Below are positions 1 to 12,041 of a DNA stretch of 64,000 nt, piece after piece. Made by a program: the position numbers and the translations under genes. Origin of the DNA: Amoebophrya sp. A120 (Eukaryota > Protista > Dinoflagellata); NCBI GenBank assembly GCA_905178155.1, contig CAJINV010000013.1:1450392-1514391 (forward strand), written 5' to 3'. Below the pieces are notes generated by a model. That model saw only the letters and a program-made list of their open reading frames with translations, was not told the DNA's origin and made no database searches. Positions within the stretch are counted from its first letter, which is position 1. The number at the start of each line of letters is the position of its first letter.

Positions 1-130
1 CGTGTCAATGCATAATACACGTGAAAGAAAAACGGCGTCGCTCACTAGGTACAGTGGGTTAGCTCTTTCGAGCGAAAGCGAAACAAAAGTCGTAGTGTAC
101 GGAAACAAAGAATACTAAGCGCCACTAAAA

Positions 131-3100
131 TCAGAAGAAAGAGCGGAGAAGTCCTCCTGGTGATCTCCTTTTGATTTGATAAGATGCATTACTTGCGGGT
201 TCCACCTCAATATCACTGTCGACAGCAGAAGGAGTAATCTTGTTTTCAAGGTCCTCGCTCTGCACCATTCCGTCTTTCCCACGCGCCATCTCTATTGCCC
301 CTGCCTCCGCATCGTGAACTCTTTCGTCCTTGTGGTTCCACAAGCAAAAGAAGACAAGAAGCAAAACGCCAATCCCGATAATGCTACCCATTATCGCCCC
401 GACGACCAGCGAAGCAGGGGACTCCGTGGTCTCCTTTGCCTCCTGCACTCCACCTGCTGCGCTCGCCACGACCGTGGTGGTTGATGTACTTGTTGGCACG
501 GTCAAACTGAAGACTGTCGTCGTGAAGTTGTGTGAGGCCAATGACGTCCCCGCAACGGCCGTGGTGATACTGGACGTCACGGCTGCGGCGATAGAGGCGG
601 TGGATAAGGTCGCTGAAGATATTATCCCGCTAGTTGTACCAGAGGTCGACGGCGCAGCTGCTGCTGCAAGAACCGGGCGTGATTTTGCCAGCGTCGGTAG
701 AGGAAATTTCAAACTGCGCGCTCACCGGGACGACGGCTGCCAGATTTCTACGATTGTTCCGCTGCCGAAGGGGTCTCGTAGCCAAGAGCCCCGACCAGGA
801 CATTGTCATCGACGTACTTACCCCGTTTTCGCCGGCGGTTGATTTGCAATTAGCCAGACTCGAAAACGGCTTCAATGTGCCCATGACGGGTCTATGGATT
901 GTAAAAATGTCTGGGTATGGAAGAGTTCATGTTTGTCATGCTTGTCTGGCATGACTCTTAAATCTGTCACGCACGTTACCCAAGAGCTCCGTTTTTCTGT
1001 GATGCAGAAGCGCAGTTTGTCATGCAGAATAGGCAACACCTAGGAACTCAGATAGTTGTCATGCTGGGCCAGCATCTGTAGCCTCATCATGCGACGCCAC
1101 CCAGCATCACAAGTTTCCAGACCCAGACATTTTTACAGTTGATAGGGTCCGCAGAAGGATTCGTGGAGGGCAGTGGAAATGGCGGTCTTCACCATCGTCT
1201 TCTCCCCGGGCGTCATACTCGGGGGAAGCTCAATCGACAGGGCAACTTCCGTCGTGTGCTTCGTCACTGTTTGTGGTTCTCGGTCTGATTCTTGTTGATC
1301 TGCGGTAGTGTCTTTACCGGTTGTAGTAGTGGTGGAGGTGGCAGTGGCTGTCGCTGTGCTGGTGTCATCACCCGTGGAATAATCCGATGAAGTCCTTTCC
1401 GATATTACCGGCTCCGCCGGAGTTGTGGTGGTCGGGGTCGTAGTGACGGAGAAAGAAGAACTACCTGGCGAAGGCGACGGTGTCAGCGTCAGATTTGCAC
1501 TTCTCGGACTCAGGCTTGTTGCATTGGGGGCCCGTGTTGGCTCTGTTGGCGAAGGCATGGGAGTTCTTGCTGCACCAGCAAGCACTACACTTTTCTTCAC
1601 CACCGTCGCACGCAAACCTTTCTCAGTAGTCGCGTAGAACTGCAGGAAAAAGCCCTCGGGGAGAAAGTTCGTCGCGAAGCCGAGCAGAAAGGTCGCCCAG
1701 TCTACGCTCGTGGGCCGCGTGTCTTTCCAGGTGTTCAGTTCCGGATGGGGCGAACACCAGCCGGGCGAGTACGCCGGCAGCCCGCCGAGCGTTTCCCCGC
1801 CGTAGTAACAGGTCTTGGTCTGCCATAAATCCAGCAGTTGGGTGTTGATGCCGTCGCGGTAGGTCGTCGTGTTGTGGTTGGGGGTGCCGGGGTCGTTATT
1901 GGTTTTGTCGAACTCGTGCACTATGCGGTCGGCCGCCTCCGCGGCCGTCAGGTACCCGCCCATGATGGGCAGGCTGAACCACAAGTGTGGGTTTTTGTTG
2001 ACGTCCGTCACGTGGTACCCGGACTCTTCGGGAAACGTGGTCGTTCCCGGGGTCTTGCCGCCGGCGCCGCAGCCCCACAGCTTGCCCTTCACGTTCTGCC
2101 CCCACACGGTGGGCTCGCCGGAGGCGACAACGCTGCTGTCCGTGGACGCGCGGTAGGAGTACCGCATGTCCTGCCGCATGTACTGCACGTACAACCTCTC
2201 CGCGTATTGTTTGTAGTCGTGAAACCCCCGGGCCAAAAACCAGGGAAATTGGGCCGTGAACGAGGGCGGGTACCACTTTGTGTCGTCGAATTCGGAACAG
2301 GGGAGTTGCGGGTTGGTCAGGCACGCCTTGGAGGGGCCTCCCGTGGTTTTCCACGCAAACTTCGGGACGGCGGTGTCCATATTCTGGTTGTCCCCCCGTA
2401 AGCATACACGTAGTGGCGCCACCCCCGCAGCCTGTCGTTCCCGTGGTTCATCTCGGGAAACGTGTAAGTAATTATTGTTATTTCCCCCTACTGTGAGCAG
2501 GTTCTTCGCGCGGTCGCGGGATTTCAGGCCGGATAGGTAGGCGACGAGAAAATACTCGTTGTACGCGCCCAGCGGCGTGCTCATGGTGCCTACCCAAATG
2601 AAAAATCCCCCCTCCCCATATCAAAGCGGAAATTTGTGATGCTGATTTGCGGCCACAATTCAGCTTTGTATTGCAGAGAGGCACTGCGGCCAGATCCCCA
2701 GGCTAGGTAGGGGCGTATGGGTCTAGCAGTTCAGCATGGGAAACGGACCCCCTTTAGGCCCAACAGCATGACAAATCGCTTCCATAATGGGGCGGAAGCT
2801 TCTGCCCTTGTCTGCTTGCAAGACAGATGTGATTTGTGACCTCAAATCCGCAACACAAATTTTTGGAAACTTACCTTTTCAATATGGGGAGGGGGGGTTT
2901 TTCCCCTTAATAGTGCCAGGTTGTTCCGTATTGCTGTCCGCGTCTGAGACCATTTGCAAGTAGCCGCAGGGGGCGTAGGGTTTGTCGTGCCGTAATAAAT
3001 CGCTCTCGAAGTCGCCCTCGTCGACGCTCTTCGTGAAGTCCACGATGGCGTACAGTTTTCGCGACAACTCGTAGACGTCCAGGCCCAACGAGATTTCGCT

Positions 3101-4813
3101 TGCGGTCAAGGTCGAGCGGTCCTGACTTTTGGCGTGCCAGTAGTTCCCCGCCCAAAGCGCGCCCAAAAGCGCGCCCATCACGGCGATCGCGGTGTCCACG
3201 GTGCTGTACTCCGATTGCGGCGTTAAGGTGTACGGATCGGACTCGGTCCAGCCGGCGAAGTGGTTCAGAAACCCGTGGTAAGGCTCCCGGGGCCACTTCA
3301 GCAGTAACACCCGCAACGTCTGCAGCGACCGCGCGACCGCCATGGTGCGACTCAGCAGCCCAATCTCGTGCATGAGCGCGTCGAGCATCAAGCCCCACCC
3401 GACCGAGGCGGAGCTGCTCAGCTTCGTCATGGCCTGCGCGTGCGAGGCGTAGGAGCCGCCGTTTTTTACCGCTTTGAGCCCGGTCTCCGGCCAGTAGGTG
3501 GCCTGCCCCGGGTTGCCGATGACCACGCCCAAGGTCGGGGACCGAAACTGGTTCCAAAACAGCCAGGCGTTCCACAGAATGTCGACACTCGTGTCCCACT
3601 CCTGCACGTGCTTCGGGAGGTTCGTGACGTTCAGGCCCTGTGAAGGGTCGCCATACAGGAAATATCTACTCGGAAGCTGCGCGGCCTCGGTGACCTCGTC
3701 GTAGATCACGCGCGCGCCGTCGTGCGAGGCACTTCCGGGTATTTCTTCCAGGTAGTACTTCGAATGCAGAATCTTCAATATTTCCACCTTATCCACACCC
3801 CGGCCGCGGGTAAATAAATTGTAGGAAATCGGTTTAAGAACATCTCCCGGCTCACAGTTGTCGCAGGGCGGCACGGAGCACACCGCGGGAAAGTCCACCC
3901 CGCTCGGCCCGCACTGCGCGGCGTCCTTGTCCGGCCGGCACTTGTAGTACCGCTGGAAATCTTCCATCGTCGCGTTCACCAGGCCCTGACCGGTGGCGGC
4001 GGCGAACCCGTCGAACCACGTGTCCGCGTTGGCGTGCACCTTGCCGCTGCTGGCCGCCCAGCGAATTTTGGCGAAACACGTTTCAGAGAGAAAGGCGAGC
4101 CCGGGCGTGTGGATCGTGGGAACGACGTAGTCGGTCCCGATGTAGTCCGGCGACGACGCCCGCAGGAAGCTCGGAATGGGCGTCGTGGTGGCGGACGGTG
4201 TGGAGACGCCACACCGAAGCCGGTCCTGCACGGCGACGCAGGCCGTGCAGTTGCCCGAGTCCGGGTTCGGGTACGAGCAGGAAGTGGGCGCCGGGACGTC
4301 CGCTACCGGGCACTCGGACCACCTTGGTTTGCACTTTGCCCGCCGCATCAGGTCGCCGAAATCCACGTTGGCATCGAAGTCCCTCAGCGTGAATTTCCAA
4401 AAATTATCGTCCCCCGAGTTGAACCAACTGTCCATCTGCGTCTGCGTCCAGCTGCCCCCGCGCGCCTTGTTTTGGACCTGCACCAGCTTCTTGCAGCACG
4501 TCTCCCAGCTGGCACCGGACCAGTAGGGGCCATTGGTGGATTCGCATTGGGAATCCGTCACGTCCACCGCAAATGCGAACCAGAGCTGGTGCTGTAGCTG
4601 TTTGTTCGGGAGGAAGTGGACGAGCAAAGCTTTTGAAACGAACCACCATGCAAAAGTAGAGAAGCAATTTCTTAGTGGCGATTTGTTTATGCGAACCTCG
4701 GAGGTGCTGCCAGGAGGTGATCTGAAGTGAAAAGATGCAACTGTACTCGAACGTGAGACGGACGACGTGTTTGCTGATTTTTGCGTTCGCGGGGGCTTCG
4801 TAGTACGAAACAT
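131..4813 (-). CDS. Secreted/membrane-anchored glycoside hydrolase, GH144 (DUF3131/glycoamylase)-like, with Cys-rich N-terminal modules, Ser/Thr linker and C-terminal TM helix; multi-exon
   Basis: ORFs 2879-4813, 1133-2584 and 630-884 fuse in frame once the elements at 2591-2912 and 893-1144 are removed (EQPGT|MSTPLGAYNEY; ESFCGP|VMGTLKP). Motifs SASVGWGL...HGFLNHF...EYSTVDTAIAVMG...YNEY resemble the (alpha/alpha)6 GH144 pattern (recognised from memory). TM segment LVVGAIMGSIIGIGVLLLVFFCLW lies in ORF 131-712; the junction to that ORF is unresolved. Confidence 0.65.
893..1144. mobile_element. Introner family A (252 bp), non-canonical intron
   Basis: Ends TATGGATTGTAAAAATGTCTGGGTATGGAA / TTCCAGACCCAGACATTTTTACAGTTGATA; direct repeat GGGTC at 888-892 and 1145-1149; removal with one repeat restores the frame. 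Confidence 0.9.
2591..2912. mobile_element. Introner family B (322 bp)
   Basis: Ends TACCCAAATGAAAAATCCCCCCTCCCCATAT / ATATGGGGAGGGGGGGTTTTTCCCCTTAATA; direct repeat GTGCC at 2586-2590 and 2913-2917; in-frame join. A GC-AG register is also possible. Confidence 0.9.
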
Positions 4814-5527
4814 TCAATTAATCAAAGTGTAAACACAGAAGTATATCGTCTGCTCAAACAAGAAAAGCCTACGAGCGACAAAAGAAAACGCTAGTCTATG
4901 CTGCGGATAAAAGCAACACTATCCAGGCTATGGACTTTTATGTTTCGTAAGTAGCAAGGTACGGGGGCTTAGTCTGACTTTCGGGTTCTTGGCTTTGGAG
5001 TTGGATCAGATGAAGACTTTCATTTGTTTTTTAGTGATAGAGAGTGCGAAAAGATGTTCCTCCTAGTACGATAAACCCATACATAAATCGGTTATTTAAT
5101 CCCCGGCTTCTTGTTTTTATACACGTACACCAGTAGAACCGACCCGAGAAACCGGAGCAATTTGCTTCATTGCTCTCTCATTCTGAGGACAACAGAACAC
5201 GCGCGGTGAGCTCTCCTTCTAACAGCAGCAGTGCTTTTTCACTGATTGGTGCTTGCTGAAGCAGTGCGGTGTCGAAATTTCGCTTTTTGTCTCGCTTTTA
5301 CGAAGGGATATGATTATAGCACAGTCGTTTAAAACCAGAAGTGTTGTCAAACACGACCTTTACTGCCTTCGCCACATAAACTGACAATTTTCAGGTTTTT
5401 GTGAAGATTCCACCAAGGTGGTTGGATTCTTCGATTCGGCGACAGAACGCCGCATGCTCACGGGCAGCAAGTCGTTTCAACATTGGCAGAAGGATCATTG
5501 ACCCCTACACTAGTACGTACGACTTTT

Positions 5528-7352
5528 TCATTGTCCAAAGTTGAAGCCGCCGCCCATGCCGCTGTCCCCGCCGTAGTTCACTTTGCACTTGGAGAAGTCC
5601 ATTTCTGGGTGCGCGTGCTTGAACTTTTCCAGTAAGTCGTGCTGCTTCTGCTATTGAGAGGAAAAATCCCCCCTCCCCATATCGAAAAGGTATGTTTTTC
5701 TTGCTGATTTGAGACCACAAATCACGTCTGTCTTGCAAGAAGACAATTCCACAGGCTCTGCCGCATTGTGCAGGCGGTTTGTAATGCTGTTGGGCCTACA
5801 GCATAGTCGTTTCTCATGCTAAGCGCCTAGGCCAAAAGCTCGCTACTCAGGCTTGGCAGGAGCCTGCAGTCCTCTACTGCAAGACAAACCTGATTCCTAT
5901 ACGCAAATCCAGCATCAGAAACTTCCTTTCGATATGGGGAGGGGGGATTTTTCCATGTGATATCTGCTGGTCGCTGGTGGGCAAGCCCATCTGTTTTTGT
6001 CGCTGGTCGAACATCATCTTTTCCACGGTTTGTCTCGTTTCGCCGTCGAGGTCGGAAAGTTTGGAATTCTCCGGGACGATCTTCTTCGTGTCGATCTCGG
6101 CGTCACCTGATAGATTTAGAGCCATATGAACTACAATTCGCACTGGGAATGCTCAACGTGAAGATGCGGAAGAGCTTCCAGGACAAGAAACCTAAGGAAC
6201 TTGACTCTTCACCACGCTGCGGCATCGGCCTGTCATGCGGCCGCTCATGCGTCTTCATACATAAAGCACAAGATGTTGAAATGAGACAGACGCATACCAT
6301 AAACGCATAAGAATGCACTCAGCGGACTGTACCTTGTATCATGGTTCCCCACCACTTCATTTGATCAACTTTCTCGAACGAAATGTGGACGGTTTTGCCA
6401 TCGACTAACAACCACGTGCAATCTTCTGTTTTTACTTTCCCGTAGAGCAAGCCGTCGATAAGCGTCTCTCCGTTTTTGTACCCGACTTTCAGCTTGTCCT
6501 GTTTTGGAATGAGATCATCAATCTGGAGCAATGCATTGAGATAAAGATTGATTCCCTTGTGGTACAAAAACCAGCATCAACGATTCTTGACCGGAAAGAG
6601 TTTCTTGCCATGAGAATTGTGAAGCAGAAGCACGTAGTGTGTCCTGCCGGCGTCTCAAAAACAAAAAGTCTCTTGAAAAAAATGCCAGACGTCCGTACCT
6701 GTTTGATCACCACGGTTAATTCTTTCGACTTCACCCCTGGTCGGACCGGAATGTGCATGTCCGCCGTTCCTAAAGTTTGCGTCCAGGTGTACTTTTCCGT
6801 GCTCCCGCCGTTGCCCAAGGGTGGCGGCGCGTTGTCGTTCTCCGCTTCTGCCTCTTCCTCGTTCTTCTTATCGTCCCCCAAATTCGGACTCCCAGCGTTT
6901 GTTGAGTCGGATTTCCCGCAATCCTTCGCGGCCGCGTCTTCCGCCGGAAGGAGGGTCTCCTTTTCTTTCACAACCCCCACCGGGGTGTCCATGGGAACTT
7001 CTTCGATTTTCATGTCGCTGTCCTCCTCCTGCTGTTTCGCCATTTTCTTCTGCTTTTCCTCGTATTCCAGTTTGTCCTTCCGCTGCTGCTCCGCCAGTTT
7101 GCGTTTCCTCTCTTCGTCCTGCTTCCGGGACTTTTCCAGCTTCTTCCGGTGCGCCTCAACTGCCGGGTCGTAATGCTTGCTGAACGCCGATTCGACAAAT
7201 TTCAGGCAGGTCTCCTTGTCCTTGGCCCCCGTGTAGAAGTCGGTTTTCCGGGCGAGGAACCCAAAAAACGCATCGAAAATGTTATCGATAGAGCCTGCCT
7301 GCTGGGCCACGTTCATGAACAGGCCGTCGAAACGCTCGCCGGGACCCGACAT
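5528..7352 (-). CDS. NUDC: Nuclear migration protein NudC (4 exons: 7352-6699, 6498-6333, 6106-5963, 5646-5528)
   Basis: N-terminal [17 protein letters not shown] domain ([25 protein letters not shown]) and C-terminal [59 protein letters not shown]. Two GT-AG introns (6499-6698, 6107-6332) and one introner. Confidence 0.95.
5652..5962. mobile_element. Introner family B (311 bp), inverted relative to the 2591 copy
   Basis: Ends TATTGAGAGGAAAAATCCCCCCTCCCCATATCGAAA / TTTCGATATGGGGAGGGGGGATTTTTCCATGTGATA; direct repeat TCTGC at 5647-5651 and 5963-5967; removal reconstitutes the conserved NudC C-terminus. Confidence 0.95.
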
Positions 7353-7848
7353 TTTTGTGCTCTATGTCGTTGCGAGGAGAAAGTTGAATGTGGGTGCAAG
7401 AAGTCGGGCTGTCAAGGGTTTCTATACTACGAAAAAGTCGATACAACTTGCTGTTGGTGTCAATGTTGGGGGCTACAACTTACTTGAAGAAGTGTAAAGT
7501 TTTGTTGTTCAATGAGTGCCTGTCGTATGTCAAGAAATTTCAAGACGAAATTGGATCCAGGAATGGGGTACGGTAAAATTTTGAGGAATAGGCATTTCGC
7601 CGTCGCGTAGCATTTTGTCCACATGATCTTGGTCATTATTTGGCGCTTGATCTTGGAGTGATTTTTTCTTTCGCGTCCTCGAACGTGTTGGCAGGAGACA
7701 ACAATTGAACATGAAGCTGTGGCTCTAATTGAATGAACAAGGAATTTTCATCATGTTCTTCCAGTTCCAAATCCAATCCCTGTGCGGTGTACAGATTAAG
7801 CTTTCTGTATATAAAAGGAAAAGAGACAGAAGTTTGCAAATGGTGCAA

Positions 7849-9159
7849 CTATCGCACAATTACCTCTGCGCCGAGGTTGCAGTCGATGATCAAGATATTT
7901 TCGATCGGTTTTTGTTTCGGAGCAGTAGAGGAGACAAGCGGCGCATCTCCTTGCCAAGTAACATTTCTCAGCAGCACACCTCCGCCTTTTACTTCCTCAA
8001 CCGTTGCAGCAGTTAAGTCGAGTAAACTATCATGCTGCTGCTGCTGCCCAGTGTTTACGAGGTTGCGAAAATCGGCTACCGTCACCGTTTTGCAGTTCTC
8101 CACAACTGGCACAATAGGTTCGTCTTCTTCTAACTCCTGAACAACCGCTGGAGGTGTTCCTATAGTTATTTGCGAAGACGCAGCTGGAGTTGTATCATGG
8201 TCTGCATTTATTTGCGTGGTCGCGGCAGTCATGACAATCGGCTCCAGTTTCCGCAAAATGACATCCGCGCGCTCCGGGTCCGCAAGCCATTCGTTGTAGA
8301 AAACACCGGCCACCGTGGGCTCAGGGTAGGTGTCTACTTTGATCTTTGTATTTGCCGTCGCCGCGGCGTCCTGTCGCACCACGGCCACTTTCGTTTGCGT
8401 TGTGGTCAGAAGATCCGGTAGGAAAGACGGAGAGGATGAAGCGGCACTTGCCTTTATCGGAACCGTCGCCGGATAACTTTCACCTGCAGCAGCATTCTTG
8501 CCTTCCCACAATAAAACTCTACTCCTCGTCGTCACACGCTCTCGCAAACTACTCAGAACCTCCGTCACCACCTCGTGAAACGGTAGGGCCGCTACTCTTC
8601 TCTTGTAGAAAAGCAAATCCCCGGATTCCAGCTTTTCCTCGATCGTTCTGTCCACCGTGAAACCGAAGAGCTGCCCGTAGTAACTCACCCCGATGTTCGC
8701 CGTCCTCATCTCTTTCTCAAACTTTTTCCTCCGTTGTTCACAGTCCTGCAAATAATTATTGCGCAGGTACAACTCCCAGGTCAAAACAGTCGCCGAAAGA
8801 GCGGCTAGGGGGACGAAAATGCGGAAAAATTTCTTTTTTCTCCTCGGGTCAATCACGGCGGTGGGCTTGAAAACGGCGCCGCGGTTGAAGGTAACGGAAG
8901 CCGCGGTGGTGAAGGAATTGGTCTGGTGTAGTCGGTGGAGATGATGTTGGACTAGTGGGAGGAATGGACTGCCGTGCGCGGCGGGCTGCAGGGGCAGCAG
9001 CTGCACTAAGCGGAAAGTCGTGAAGGTGCTTGAAGATGCGGGGTCGGGGTGGAACGCGTGGAAGTGCTGCATCTTTTTTTGATGTCCACTTCGGCACCGC
9101 AACCGAGACGAACTGGACGCGGAGCGCAACATATCTTTGCGGAAACAAGGGACGAACAC
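7849..9159 (-). CDS. Hypothetical protein with basic N-terminal (possibly organellar) extension and one TM helix
   Basis: 436-aa ORF with hydrophobic segment FFRIFVPLAALSATVLTWELYL; no family recognised; a further 3' exon is possible. Confidence 0.6.
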   Translation of the reverse strand: MFVPCFRKDMLRSASSSSRLRCRSGHQKKMQHFHAFHPDPASSSTFTTFRLVQLLPLQPAAHGSPFLPLVQHHLHRLHQTNSFTTAASVTFNRGAVFKPTAVIDPRRKKKFFRIFVPLAALSATVLTWELYLRNNYLQDCEQRRKKFEKEMRTANIGVSYYGQLFGFTVDRTIEEKLESGDLLFYKRRVAALPFHEVVTEVLSSLRERVTTRSRVLLWEGKNAAAGESYPATVPIKASAASSSPSFLPDLLTTTQTKVAVVRQDAAATANTKIKVDTYPEPTVAGVFYNEWLADPERADVILRKLEPIVMTAATTQINADHDTTPAASSQITIGTPPAVVQELEEDEPIVPVVENCKTVTVADFRNLVNTGQQQQHDSLLDLTAATVEEVKGGGVLLRNVTWQGDAPLVSSTAPKQKPIENILIIDCNLGAEVIVR

Positions 9160-9384
9160 GTTGCCGCCGCGTTACCAGCAATTATAGAAGTGAAAGCAAG
9201 TTGTGCGAGTTTGATACTATGAGTAAAGAAATGAGCACTGAAATGATACGAAAAACGGTAAGTACGTAAGTACTTCGCATATGCGATGCGACGTCTTTAC
9301 AACTTTTCTTGAAATTGCCATGAGAAAACAACTCCACCGTAGATAAAGACTGGAAAAAAAGCATCAAGCAACACTGGCACTGGC

Positions 9385-9800
9385 ACGTCTCCGTCTCTCG
9401 GAATGGCATCGCTCATCGGTCGCGCTGCCGGGGCACGATCGGGCCAGCACGACGACCAGAAGCTGAAGAATTCACAGCTAGTAAAGGTCGTGTGCCGAAG
9501 CGGCGTGAAGGCGAAAGGACTCCTGCATAAGTAAAACAGTACTGAGTTCTTTCCGTGAATGAGACCCACTTTCGCCTTGTTCAGATTCACTGACTTCGGA
9601 GTTTGATGGAACAATCGGTGTAGCAGCTCTCGGTCCCGCTCTCTTTGTTTGTCCACCACTTCTGTTGCATACGACTATACTTTTGATGCGCATGAGTAGG
9701 TCGTTGCGAGGAGCACTTTCAATAGCAAGAAGCTACTTGAACTTGTGCTATTTCATTCAAAAGGGACGAGCTGGAGGTCTATCCTCAGTAGAAGAGGAAC
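9385..9800. repeat. Dispersed duplicated segment, copy 1 (partner at about 14245-14832)
   Basis: Shared blocks such as TGACTTCGGAG, GATGCGCATGA(G/A)TAGGTCGTT(G/T)CGAGGAGCACTTTCAATAGCAA and GAGGTCTATCCTCA; minus-strand ORFs 9297-9659 and 14458-14700 have similar N-termini. Confidence 0.85.
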
Positions 9801-9983
9801 GCCATTTCAAGTGGTATCCGTTCTCAACAACGACGAAGAACAACGACGAAGAACACTTTTCATTACTGCAAGAGACAAATTAGCAAGCTACTGCTACTGG
9901 GCGCCATTGCCATCAATTTTTTTTTTATTTTTATCAATTTTTTTGCAAAAAAAACTTCTCACATGCTGGGTAGCGTAGACGGC

Positions 9984-10046
9984 GACGGGCTACGACGTGA
10001 CGGGCTACGACGTGACGGGCTACGACGTGACGGGCTACGACGTGAC
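9984..10046. repeat. Minisatellite, 15-bp unit GACGGGCTACGACGT x4
   Basis: Four exact tandem copies plus GAC. Confidence 0.95.
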
Positions 10047-10158
10047 AGAGTGAAGTAAATGTAAAGTAGGTCCCAGGCAGGCTATGCCCGTACCAATCAA
10101 GTCAAAGGCATCAAAGTGAGAGTAGATTCGTAGTTGTAAAGCGCTGAGTTTGATGCGC

Positions 10159-10282
10159 ATGTATTTTTTTGTGTTTTGTTAATAGGTAATTTTTTTGCGT
10201 TTTTGTAATATGTAATTTTTTTGCGTTTTTGTAATATGTAATTTTTTTGCGTTTTTGTAATATGTAATTTTTTTGTGTTTTT
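10159..10282. repeat. AT-rich minisatellite, about 26-bp unit TAATATGTAATTTTTTTGCGTTTTTG x~4.5
   Basis: Tandem near-identical copies read directly. Confidence 0.9.
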
Positions 10283-12041
10283 ATTCGCCGGCACGCAAAA
10301 TTGATAACTGTGCGGCTTTAAGCTCCGTTTCAAACAAAAATAAGTAGAAATAGTAGTGTCATGGCAGCGATTGCGTGTCTATCGGAGCAACTACAGTGGT
10401 TCTTCTTGTGCTCGATGTGGTATCATCTGCTCGGATTCCTGTAGCAATAGGGCCCTATTCCTGAGCGTATGCTGGCTGGGACAATATTCGTTTTCACTCC
10501 AATTTGAATCTTACAAGAGCTTTTTATGTGTTGTAATGAATCGGGGGCAAAATAAGGTAGTACAACAACACTTCACTACAAACAATGAATTTTCATTTTC
10601 TGAGATTCAAATTTTACTCTTGACAGATGTTCGATCTAAACAGGCAAGCTGCGGAGTAAATAACCTTTTTTTTTTCGTCCTTAACCCAGCGCCATGGACA
10701 CATTCCGTTTCGCTGTGCTGCGCGTGAATCCGGATCAACATGAATCAATTCCCTGCGCGAACGAGAGACACAGCACCACTGAAAGCGAACTGCTGCACCA
10801 AGTTCAGCGACGGAAATTTCTTGACAAAGCGATAGATGAAGTCGACCTGTACAGGATTCCGAAAAGGGTCAGATGTCTGCAGACATAGCTTCAAAGCAGG
10901 TCCTTGCGTCGTTTCTGTAGTGGGCTCTTCTATTTACTACATATTTTGCTTGAAATGGGGTAGGCAGGAGCACCTTATTTTTTTAAAGCAACTACTTACT
11001 TACTCGAATAAAGCTGCAGAAACAGTAGAAGGATGATCAAAAGCAAAAGGGTAGGACAGGAAAAATGAGAGTGGATCATGGAAAATACAGAGCGCGCTTG
11101 ACGTCTTCTTGTGGTCAACCTCAGCACCAGAGAATTTCCGTTCATACATTGTTGGCTAAATTGTACTGGAGAAAAAGAACGTGAAGTATCAGCGTGAGGA
11201 GCCTTGTACAGGCTATAATTTAGTGAAGAAGATCACGAATCTTGGTCGTGGAGGCCGTCGGTGCAGAAGATGATGCATATCGTGATTGTCGTAAACTTGG
11301 TTCGTTCTCCGTACAAACATCAAAGCCTACAGATATGAACGAGATAAAATTCTATGCGTTGTCACACAAAAATCAAGCTTGACTGAATCACTTGAGTGCG
11401 CAGCGGCTGCAGGCGCCCACGCGCAGTTCGAGAAATAACAGTCGCGCTTTTTCGCGGTGCGTATCCTGTTCCAGAGAGCAAATAGAGAAGCATAATGACT
11501 GGTGGAGGGGAACTAGCGCTTTCTCCTGTTTGGGAAGAGGTGGAAACATGAAGGTGGCTGGTATCAAATATGATTTTCTCGTGCTTGACCGCTGAAGCTG
11601 ATCTGAAGGCGAATATGCTGCAAAACGAAAAAATGAAGAAAGAACATAAAGTAAAGACCTCCATAAGCATCGAACAATAGATAATGATGAAGTGAGATGT
11701 CGTGTCATGAAGCGAAAAATGTCAGATGTTGCAACAGAAAAACATATAACTATAAGTACTTTCTCAAATGTAGTGCTGGAAGATCACTCGTCAACTACAG
11801 CTGCTCCTCCTTTCAAAGTGGACGAAACGTAGCCCCATTATATCTAGAAAAAAATCATGCAGAATGCTATTTTGGGGGAAAAAGAAAATTTCTAGATCGA
11901 CGTAAACATCATAAAAATGAATGCAACATGATGCACAATAATGCTGAAGAATGTGAAAACAGAGCTACCAACCAGAAGAATCAACTTGATAGATAAATCA
12001 GTAAGTACTTCACGCCGATACAACTAGGTGACCCGTACAGT

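Noticed and set aside
6498-6704. 7-bp direct repeat CCTGTTT around NudC intron 1
   Set aside because: Four of the bases are the ordinary CAG|G splice consensus; the intron is GT-AG and has no inverted repeats.
9984-10282. Tandem repeats as a possible CRISPR array
   Set aside because: No unique spacers, no cas genes, eukaryotic context; these are minisatellites.
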